DNA from: Geosiphon pyriformis uo1
Lineage: Eukaryota > Fungi > Glomeromycota
Assembly (NCBI GenBank): GCA_016748015.1
Contig: JAAOMT010000681.1
Location: forward strand, 71,605 to 135,604
Reading direction: 5' to 3'
DNA length: 64,000 nt
The notes beneath the pieces are model-generated. The model made no database searches. It was not told the origin of the DNA and saw only the letters and a program-made list of their open reading frames with translations. Each line of letters starts with the position of its first letter. Position 1 is the first letter of the stretch. Positions 1 through 9,911 of this stretch are shown here, piece by piece. The translations under genes were made by a program, and so were the position numbers.

Positions 1-39
1 CAAAAGTTTTCCCAATTTCTTTCTCAACATGGTGGCCAG
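1..39 (-). repeat. Fragment of a host Gypsy LTR split by insertion of E1 (continues at 9912-10550)
   Basis: Joining 1-39 to 9916 onward gives continuous sequence resembling the E4 and E6 LTRs (compare 61611-61650). Confidence 0.75.
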
Positions 40-1021
40 TGTTACCGGAGGTTTTTGGTCTTTTTTCTTAAATGTTGGTAATGTTGATTTGCTGTGAATT
101 CACGTTTTCAGGAAGTAGTTGAACCTTCAATAACTGAATTTATCTTCAAATTATCTCCTATAATTTGAACTGCTGGGCTTATAAGTGGAATGGCCAATTT
201 CTTGCCAGTTACTTTATGTAGTTACATTGTAGTAAACATCAACTCTTTCCCAGGAATTGCTCGTCTGGAAGCTCACTAAAAATGTGTAGTTACTTTGCTG
301 TAAAAGTCAACTCTTCTACAGGAATCTTGTCTGTAGGCTACCCTAATGATTATAGTAAGAAAAATAAAAGAAAATAAAAGAAATGTAAAAGAAATAGAAT
401 TTTTGTTAAGAAAAACATTTTCTATCCAGACCTGAAGTTACTAACAGTTTACTGAAATTGGTAGCTAATCAATTTCAAAATGTTTAGTTGGGTTTTGGGA
501 ATTTTTCAAGTACAATAATTAAAGAATTTGGTTTTTTTGAATTATTTGATATTTTTTTTTTTTTGTGTATATAGGAACGGTTTTAAGAGATAAATCTAAA
601 GTAAGATATATTTTCTCGAAGAGAGAAACTCTTCTTTTATACAACTTGTCATAACACTATTCTATGAACTTAAACTTTGCTATTTTCTACAATTTTGCTG
701 AACTAAAGATACATTTCGGCAAACTACAAGTTATTTTTGCAAACTATTAGATATTTCAGTAAACTATCAATTATTTTGGCAAATTTCTATAAATTTTGGC
801 AAACTTTTGAATGTTACATAGTTCAGGGTATTGCATAATTGATCATCGCAATTAGGTTACATTTGTTTTGTGTACAATTTGGGTTATTAATTAAATGATA
901 ATTTCGGACATTTTTGCTAATGTAATAAGTGATAATTTGAAATGATAATATATGCTAATTAATGATAGAAATTATAAGATAATTTCATGCTAAATAATAT
1001 CTCTAATTTTGTCTGGTAACA
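40..1021 (-). repeat. 3' LTR of E1
   Basis: TGTTACC...GGTAACA termini; near-identical to 8931-9911; purine tract GAGAAGAAGA on the minus strand just inside at ~1022-1037. Confidence 0.95.
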
Positions 1022-1709
1022 TAATCTTCTTCTCAAGACTGAGCTCCGTCGAAGTCCAAGTACTGTTTGTTATTTCCAGATAATAATCCAAAATTATTAA
1101 AGAAATTTGGTCTGAAAATTGTTGAAATTTCAGTTCTGTGAGCTTTCTAATGTATTGAATCTTCAAAGGTTGAAAAATTGGGTTTTGTAGTACATTTTCA
1201 CAGGTGTGAAATAGGTCATAAAGTCTAAGAGCAGCTCTGAGCCTGTAGTAACTGTTTGTTGATCCAGCTGTTGTCTTGAATTCGTTGTGGAATTGTTTCT
1301 GAATAGCTTTTTTTGCGAGGTTTGCTGTTGTAAGTTCCAGTTTCTGTTCGTAGAGTGTTTTTCCAATGTGAAAATATCTATAGATTGGAGGATATTCAGT
1401 GTTTTTTTCATTGAGACACAGTTGAAGTTTTTGTTGAATTGTAGCATTTGGTGGAATACTAATCAGAATGAGCATTAGATTTTCTCTTAAAGCAAGTTTT
1501 AAAAGTTCTGGCAGGTGAATTCCAGTATAACTTCTTGTGTTCTTCTTATACGGGTAATATTTTCATGAATTTGGGGCTAAATTTGTAACTACTTCTATTT
1601 GGGTATAATTAATGTGGTTTCCAGTAACAGTAATAGATAATTCGGGTATTGTTTTTAAAGCTAACATTAGTTTTTGGGATAATTGTTGAATGTTTTGAGG
1701 AATAGTCAT
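990..1709 (-). pseudogene. E1 ORF3, ~239-aa accessory protein of unknown function, one internal TGA
   Basis: ATG at 1709 is in frame with the 990-1475 ORF (MTIPQNIQQLSQKLMLAL...YRYFHIG...AALRLYDLF). It runs through the PPT and ends inside the 3' LTR. Homologs lie in E3, E4 and E5. Confidence 0.8.
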
Positions 1710-1830
1710 TATAAGTGATTTGAAATAAAAAAAAATTATTTTTGGTGCATGGGTTTTTATGTTATTTTTGTTTTGTTTTTGTGAGATTGTTTCTAAATTA
1801 TAAGAAGATAACTATAATAATAAATTTAAA

Positions 1831-3216
1831 TTAAGTGTTCAAGTTGTGAGGCTGTTCAATGACAACTATTGATTCTAAATTTCGGGGAATGTCTTCAGGA
1901 TTGATTAAAGGGGAATGTATACCAATTTGTGGAATTAATGGTTCAAGATTGTTTCTGGAATTATAGTGTTTCAAACAATCTCCATGTGCAATTTTTGCTA
2001 GAATTTTGTCATCAAGTCTTAGCTTGTATGATCTATTGCCTAAAACTTCATGAATAAAGAATGGTTCATCCCATTTATTTTCAAATTTTCCACTTCATTG
2101 TTTTTCAGCCTTAGTTCTGTGTAAGAGAACTTTATTTCCAACTTTAAATTCATTGGTAATAAATGGTAATTTATTGTCATGTCTTTCTTTTTGTTGAGCT
2201 TGGGAATGTTCAATATGAGCTGTTGCTATTCTTTTTTTTCCTTCCAGTGTACTAAGAAGAGTGTAGGCTCTTCTTTGGAGTGTCTCTTGAAAGTTTTTTT
2301 CATTGATTGGTTGCACTGGGTATGTTTCCACTGTAAAATTAATTGGTAATATTGCTGTCTTTCCATAAGTAAGATCAAATAGTGTGTGTTTTATAGTATC
2401 TTGTTTTAGTGTTCTGTATGCTAGTAACACTGATGAAATAAAGATATCCCATTCCTGTTCAAAGTCTGTTGAGACTTTGGCTAAAGATTCACACAATGTT
2501 CTGTTAAAACGTTCTACAAGTCCATTTGTTTGAGGGAGATAAGGTGATGATAGAAGTCTTTTGACATTGAACCGTTTACAAATTTCTTGTATCAAGTTGT
2601 TCACAAAATGTGTTCCTTGATCAGATAAGAGTTCAAATAGGCATCCATGTCTACAGATAATGTCTTTATAGATAAATTTTACTACTGATTTTGCATCTGC
2701 TCTTTGGATGGCTCCGGCTTCAGGCCATTTGGTAAGATAGTCTACGACTACTGCAATGTAGTGGTTTTCTTGGTTTGTAATAGGTAATGGTCTGACTAAA
2801 TCAATACCAACTCTGTCAAAAGGCTGTCCAACTTTGATTGGGTTTAAAGGTTCTGTAGGGCGAGTTCCTCCTCTTTTTTGACAACTATCACAAGATTCGA
2901 CATATTCGTAAATGTTTTTTCTCATTCAAGGCCAAAAGTAGTATTCTAGTGTTCTTTGGGTGGTGCTGTCTTTTCCAAAGTGGGCTGATGAAGGATTTGA
3001 GTGCATGTTGTATAATATAGTCTCTTTTTCCTGTTCTTGTATTAATCTAAGTGGTTTGTCTGGGTTTTTGAAATTTCAGTAATAAATAATGTTGTTGTGT
3101 AAAAAATATTGTTTGGCTTGTTGTTGTAGTTGATGTTTTTCATCTGGAAACCAATCTGTTGGGATTGTTAATGTTTCCAAATATTGTTTGAGATTATTGT
3201 AGTTTTCCGAATTCAT
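1831..3216 (-). pseudogene. E1 integrase, separate ORF
   Basis: Own ATG (MNSENYNNLKQYL); HHCC finger (MHSNPSSAHFG...CDSCQ); DDE core (GIDL, SDQGTHF, NGLVERFN); GPF-type C-terminal module; no chromodomain; a few premature stops. Confidence 0.9.
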
Positions 3217-3272
3217 TGTTTGTTGGCTCTTTTGGTTGGTTAAGTTGAGTGTTGGTTTTTGTGTTTTTTTTT

Positions 3273-6200
3273 CTAATCTTATCTCATTCTGGAGAGACAG
3301 TCAACATTGGTGTGGAGTTTTCCTGGTTTGTGATGTACTATGTATCAATAGTTTGCTAGAAATCCTGTCTATCGGGTTTTTTTTGCATTCAGCTGAGTAT
3401 TTTTGTTCTGAAGTCATTTGAGTCCAATATTATCAGTGATAATATCGAATTCTTTAGGCCTGAGATAAAGGTTGAAGTGGTGTAGGGCCCAAATTATGGC
3501 TGCTGTTTCTAGTTCTGTGGCAGGGTAGTTTTTCTCAGCTGGTTTTAATGTTCTGCTAGCATAGGCAATTACTCGCTTATTTTTATTGTCATTTAGTTGT
3601 GATAAAATGGCACCAAAGACAGTATATGAAGCATCTGTAGCTAGTCGAAATCGGTTGCTGAAATCCGGGTAGGCGAAGATTGGAGCTGTTGTCAGTTTTT
3701 CCTTGAGAATTTCAAAAGCTTTTTGGTGTTCAGTAGTCCATTTGTATTCAACGTTTTTGGTGGTGAGCTGGTTGATGAGTTTTGCAATTTCCGAGAATCC
3801 TTTGATAAACTTCCGATAGTAGGATGCTAATTCTATGAATCCTCTTAGTTCTGTAGTATTTTGTGGAACTTTGAAATTCTTAACAGCACTGATTTTTCCA
3901 GAATTTGGTTTGACTCCTTCTTCACTAACTATGTGACCAAGAAAGGCCAGACTTGTTTTTCCAAAATGGCATTTCTCAATGTTTAGTTTTAATCCTGCCC
4001 TACGTAATCGTTGAAAAACTTCTCACAGGTGAATTAAATGGAGTTCAAAAGATGGGGAATAAACATCAGTGTTATCAAGATAAACAACTATTGATTTCCA
4101 AAGGAGTCCAGCATATACAATATCCATGAGTCTTTAGAATGTTGCTGGCACATTGCATAATTTAAAGGGCATTACATTGAATTCATAGTTTCCTTCTTGT
4201 GTTGTGAATGCTGTTTTGGAGTTGTCCTTGGAATCCATAGCAACTTGCCAGTATTCATTTTCTAGGTCTAATGTTGAAAGGTATTTAGATTTTCCAAGGG
4301 CATCTAACATGTCATCAATTCGCGAAAAAGGGTAAGCATCCCCAATGATGACACTATTGAGTTGTTGATAATCAACACAAAATTGTATTTTTCTATTTTT
4401 CTTTTTAATTAGGACCATAGGTGAGGCCCATGGATTCATTGATGGTTGGATAAGCCCATTGTTAAGCATTTGTTGTACTTCTTCTTGGATAAATTGGTGA
4501 CTTTCTGAAGCAACTCGGTAGACTTGTTGTCATCTTGGTTTAGCATCTTCTGTATAGATTTGGTGTTGCACCAAATCGGTTCTTCCTAAGTCATTGTTGT
4601 TTTCGGCAAAAATATCAGCAAAATCTGCAATTAGTTTCTTGAGCTGGTTTTGTTGTTGTGGTTCAAGTTGTCCTATGTTGATTCGAGACAGTTTTTCCAT
4701 AACAACATAGTAGTTTTCAGAGCTGAAGTTTGGGTTGATTTTTGGTAGTGAATGTCCAATGATTTCAGAGAAATCAGAAACTGTTTGGGGTAATTCTTGT
4801 TGAAATATATTACTGTGAATAATTCCAATTTCTAAATTATTTAATAAAATTATGGGGTAATTATTGGGGTTGTAAAAAGTAACTTGGACTTTCTTTGTTC
4901 CTTCTGGAATATAAATGTTTGGGATCAAAATATTATGTTTCAAGCAGACTTGTTCATTGGATTCAAAAATTTGTTGTGTGGTTGTTGGCTTTGGGCAGAT
5001 GTAGATTTCCAGATGTTCTTCAAAGAGTGAGATGGTAATTGGTTGTGGAAGTCTAAGAATCTGGTGGGATTCTTTCTGTTTGTTGAGAGCTATGTTTACT
5101 GGAACTGTGAAACATCCAGTTGAACCAAAACCTTGTGTTCCTCTTTCACTTTTTCCCAACTGTTCTCTTTGATTAACTAATTGTAAACTCGAAATGTTGA
5201 TTAAGGGTAAATAGATAGCTTGAACAATTTTTTCAGCATATTCAATTTTGAAAGGTTTATCAGTTTCATTTTGTAACATGACTGTAATGTTTCCTGTGTA
5301 TCCAGCATCAATGATTCTTCCTCTAACATTGATTTTTTTGCTTGCCAAGGATGATCGAGAAGCAATTTGAACTATTGCTCCTGGTGGGATTTCGAGGGCA
5401 ATTTTGAGATTGATTTTTGTGAGCAATTTGGGTTTGAGAATAAGAGTATTTTTTCCTGGATATTTTAGATCATATCAGCATCAATCTCGTGAGCTTTTTC
5501 TGGTTTTATTCCTTTGTCCATTGTTGTTGAAGTATTTAAGTTGTAATGCAGGCTAATTTTTGATGAGATAGATGGGTGTTGTCTCAATTTCTTTTGTCAC
5601 TTCAAGTTCTCTGAATTTAATTTCATATTCATCATTTTCACTGGGCAAGGGAATGCTAAGAGCATAGCATTCAGGACACCACTGTTCATCACAAGGCATA
5701 ATGCATTCTTCACATAGCCTAATGTTCATTTGCTCTAATTGTTGAATTTGAGCTTCTTGGGTTGGGTAGATGTGACTTGCGATTTGGTAGTAGACTTCTA
5801 CTTCGTCTTTGTAATTGAATCCAGCTAATTCCATAGTGTATTCAATGTATTCTGCTTCCTTCATTTGACAAACATCTTCTTTGGTAGCTCCATTAATTAA
5901 TGTCATTGCTAAGTCGAAAATCATTTCGGCATTATGGGGGTAGTGATAAAGTTTGTTGAGAGTACTGTTGTATGCTGCATAAAAGAGAGTTCCCCTTTTT
6001 ACTTTTTCTGAAATTGATAAAGCATATTGACAGGTCTGATTGCAGACTTCTGCTCTCATGGCTACATCAATCTAATTGCATTCTTCTGGTAGCATATCTC
6101 TACAAGTCAAACAAGGGGTGTTGTCCTATTTTCCACTCCTTTTTATTAGATGGCCCCATCATTCTCTGTGGCAAGCCTTGCAGTAATAACAAGTATGATT

Positions 6201-8885
6201 TTCATATTTTTCTTCAGGTGAAATGCAGGCTCTCATTGATGATAGTTTCTTGTGGCAGTCCTTACATTTAAGAGGAATATAGGGACATTGTTTCTTTGGT
6301 TCGGGTTTTGAGTAAGGGATATTCCATCTAGAGGTTTCGGGTTCAGAATATAGGGTAAAATGTTCTTGTTCTGTTTCATCGGCCCAGTTAGATGTTGATC
6401 CAAGAGCCATAAATGTTTCAAAGAGGGGTTTTTCCTCCTCTAGTTCGAATTCAAAAGCCGGGGCTTTTTCAGAATGTTTGTTAAATATACCACAAGTAGC
6501 AGGTACCCGGGTGTGTTGTCCTTGGTAAGAGATTGTTAACTCTTGTGTCTCCCAATTCAGATTAGCATTGGCTTTTTAAAGCCAATCATTTCTAACAAGA
6601 GCTTGGTACTGGGGTGCGTCTATTACAAGAACTTTGACTGGAATAGTGATTCCATCAAGGGTGAATGGAAAATTGTCAATTTCTTCTACTGAAGTTTTTT
6701 TCATGCCATCAGCAGTGACAATTACTGTTTGAGCTGGTCAGTCGACATTTCTCTTCAACTGTTGCATTAACTGGTAGGTGATAATGCTTCCAGCAGATCC
6801 ACTGTCTAAGATCAAGCAAATTGTTTTTCCTTCGACTTCTGCTTTGGTGTACATAGCCATGATTGCTTTTTGTTCATTGGCAGCTACATTGCTAAGCAGG
6901 AATGGTGACTTATTTGCTTCAAACTCAAAAGAGAATATATCTGAAAGGTTAGCATTTTCAGCAATTCTGGCTGGTGAGATTGTGGTGGGAGTATAGGAAA
7001 GGTTTTGTTGTTGTGCTGCAGCTCTACCTTCCGAGGGTACAGTATGGTGAAAATCTTGTTCTTCTGACATTGTTAGATAACTGGGTTGAGTGTGATAATG
7101 GTTGGATTTTGGTTGAGTAGAATTTCGGGGAACCAATTGGTTGCTTGAACTGATTCTATTGTTGTTTACTTGGTATCGGTTTTGTGGTGTAAATTGACTT
7201 TGTATACTCAGTCTTTGAGTAGGTACTTGATAATGTTGTGTGGGTGGTTGTTGGTATTGCTGTTGGATTGTCTGTGGGGTGGGCTGATAATAGTTATTTT
7301 GGTATTGAGGTCTTGGTAGATAGTAAGCTAGTGGTGGTAGTGGTTGATAATAAGATTGCTGTGGTAGAAGGTAACATTAATTACTTCTATTTTGTTGGTC
7401 TCGTTGTAGCTTTCTGCAATCTCTTTTTCAGTGGCCAGAGTTTCTACAGTAATGGCAATTCTGAGGCTGGTTATTAGAAAGTGGTGCAAAGTTGTTTTGA
7501 TTTCGTCTTTGTGGTGGTTAATATCTTTGGGGTTGCTGTTGTTGTTGGTTAGTGAAATAGTTTTCAACTTTTTTTGTGAGTTGGTCAATTTTTTCCTCAG
7601 CTGCTGAGCTGTTTTCTCCAATTGCCAAATTTACAAGTTTTGTGCAATTGGTCTTTTCTATGGCCATTTCATATCTTTTCGCATACTGTATGGCAGAGTT
7701 TAAATCTTCTGGCGCATGTGGCTAAATCTTTTTAATTAGTTTATCTTTTAGACCAGTGATAAATTGATCCAAGATTTGAGCATTGGAATAATAATTGTTT
7801 GTTTCGAGTTGGCAAATTTGTCTGAGAAGTTTGTTGAATTTCCCAATATAAGTCATAACAGATTCGGAGGGTTCTTGTTTGATATTTCAAAAACAATTGC
7901 GAAGAGTAATAGAGATATTATTGTCAGTGAACTGTTCAAGGAAGGCTGCTTTGAAAGCATTCTAATTATTGAATGGGGCAGCCAAGTTTTTAAACCATTC
8001 TTCTGCTGTTTCTTTGAGAAAGTAGGGAATTGTTCTTAACATTCTGGCAGCATTCCATCCATTTGCATCTCCAGCTTTAGTAACTTGGTCGAGCCATTCT
8101 TGGAGACTGGTCTCAATGTCTTCTCCATTAAATTCAGGGATTTTTGTGATGTATGTTGTCATTTCATCTTCTTCATTTTCACTGTCTATTGATTCTTCTT
8201 CGGATATTTCAGGTTCATTTTCTTCATTCACTGCTGTCTCAGAGTGTTCACTTTGATTTTCAGCTAGAAAGTCAAGGAGATTGGAACTAGTTTGAAGGGG
8301 TTCTTGTTGTCTGGTGAGACTTCTAAGTGATGTAAAATCTTCTGGTCTTGCAAATCGATTCAAGGGTGAATTAGGTGTTTGTGCTTGTGCAAGTAAAGCT
8401 GGAAAAGATGTGATAGTAAGTGGAAGTTTTGAACTGGTTCCTTGTGCAGGTGTTTGTAAATGTTTGAATGATATTTTGGGAGTATTGGGTGTTGTGTGAA
8501 TAGGTCGGTTATCTTTTTGTCTTTTGTTGCTACTGGTTTCAGGTTCAGATTCGAGTTCAAAAGCAAATTGTGCATTTGCAGGATATTTTTCTTCACAGAA
8601 TCAAATGATATTATAATCAAGTTCCTCAAAATAAGTAGTGCAAGCTTCAGCACTAATGTTTTTTGATTCAGTGTTGGAATAGTGTAGTATGTTCTCAAGA
8701 AGATCTTTTTTAACTGTTGTAATGTTATAGTTTCCAAAGAGGTAGTCGTTGATTCAATTTTTGATGTATTGAAAAAGTGTTTTCTTAAAAGCTATGATTC
8801 TGTCGTGTATTTTAAATCATTGTTTGCAGTCTGTATAAATCCATTGATAGTATTCTAAAGTTGTGATGTCTGAGGTGGTCACCAC
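3273..8885 (-). pseudogene. E1 ORF1: gag (CCHC) - aspartic protease - Cys-rich domain - dUTPase - RT - RNase H
   Basis: All ORF-track fragments from 4134 to 8363 that carry these domains share one frame. Motifs: CHYCRNSGHxKRDC knuckle (~7415-7457), ILDSGSAGS protease, RT NPWASP / FCVDY / YLDN(D), RH ATDAS...V(A)DCLSR. Many CGA/CAA/TGG-derived stops. Confidence 0.9.
5115..5500 (-). other. dUTPase domain inside E1 pol
   Basis: All five trimeric dUTPase motifs: DA(G)YDL, ASRSSLA, GRIIDAGYTGNI, KIVQAI, SERGTQGFGSTG. Confidence 0.92.
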
Positions 8886-8910
8886 TTTGAATTTGTTGTT
8901 GCTGTGTTAT

Positions 8911-8928
8911 TTCTGTGGGAGAGCACCA
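8911..8928 (-). promoter_or_regulatory. Primer binding site of E1
   Basis: TGGTGCTCTCCCACAGAA begins 2 nt after the 5' LTR, complementary to a tRNA ending GAGCACCA. Related PBSs start at 46468 (-), 24037 (+) and 35345 (-). tRNA identity not assigned. Confidence 0.85.
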
Positions 8929-8930
8929 AA

Positions 8931-9911
8931 TGTTACCAGAGGTTTTTGGTCTCTTTTTTTAAATGTTGATAATGTTGATTTGCTGTGAATTCACGTTTTC
9001 AAGAAGTAGTTGAACCTCCAATAACTGAATTTATCTTCAAATTATCTCCTATAATTTGAACTGCTGGGCTTATAAGTGGAATGACCAATTCCTTGTCAGT
9101 TACTTTATGTAGTTACGTTATAGTAAACGTCAACTCTTTCCCAGGAATTGCTCATCTGGAAGCTCACTAAAAATGTGTAGTTACTTTGCTGTAAAAGTCA
9201 ACTCTTCTACAGGAATCTTGTCTGTAGGCTACTCTAATGATTATAGTAAGAAAAATAAAAGAAAATAAAAGAAATGTAAAAGAAATAGAATTTTTGTCAA
9301 GAGAAACGTTTTCTATCCAGGCCTGGAGTCACTAACAGTTTACTGAAATTGGTAGCTAATCAATTTCGAAATGTTAGTTGGGTTTTGGGAATTTTTCAAG
9401 TACAATAATTAAAGAATTTGGTTTTTTTGAATTATTTGATATTTTTTTTTTTTTGTGTATATAGGAACGGTTTTAAGAGATAAATCTAAAGTAAGATATA
9501 TTTTCTCGAAGAGAAAAACTCTTCTTTTATACAACTTGTCATAACACTATTCTATGAACTTGAACTTTGCTATTTTCTACAATTTTGCTAAACTAAAGAT
9601 ACATTTTGGTGAACTACAAATTATTTCTGCGAACTATTAAATATTTCAGTGAACTATCAATTATTTCAGCAAATTTCTATAAATTTTGGCGAACTTTTGA
9701 ATGTTACATAGTTCAGGGTATTGCATAATTAATCATTGCAATTAGGTTATATTTGTTTTGTGTACAATTTGGGTTATTAATTAAATGATAATTTCAGACA
9801 TTTTTGCTAATATAATAAGTGATAATTTGAAATGATAATATATGCTAATTAATGATAGAAATTATAAGATAATTTTATGCTAAATAATATCTCTAATTTC
9901 ATCTGATAACA
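8931..9911 (-). repeat. 5' LTR of E1
   Basis: Direct repeat of 40-1021, adjacent to the PBS. Confidence 0.95.

Larger units (their letters stand above)
40..9911 (-). mobile_element. Full-length Ty3/Gypsy LTR retrotransposon E1 (dUTPase-bearing, three cistrons), decayed
   Basis: Two ~980-bp direct repeats with TGTTACC...G(G/A)TAACA ends, PBS, PPT, PR-RT-RH-IN order, flanks CCAG/TCGG. The first 100 bp of the two LTRs differ at 6 sites, all transitions. Confidence 0.95.

Noticed and set aside
990-1709. ORF3 as a retroviral env gene
   Set aside because: It is too short and has no signal peptide, furin site or transmembrane segment.
1831-2100. Chromodomain at the integrase C-terminus
   Set aside because: The sequence ends in a GPF-type module and a short EPIVVI-like tail with no chromodomain motif.
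8911-8930. tRNA gene
   Set aside because: Only the PBS complement of a tRNA 3' end is present, with no cloverleaf. No rRNA or tRNA genes were recognised in the window.
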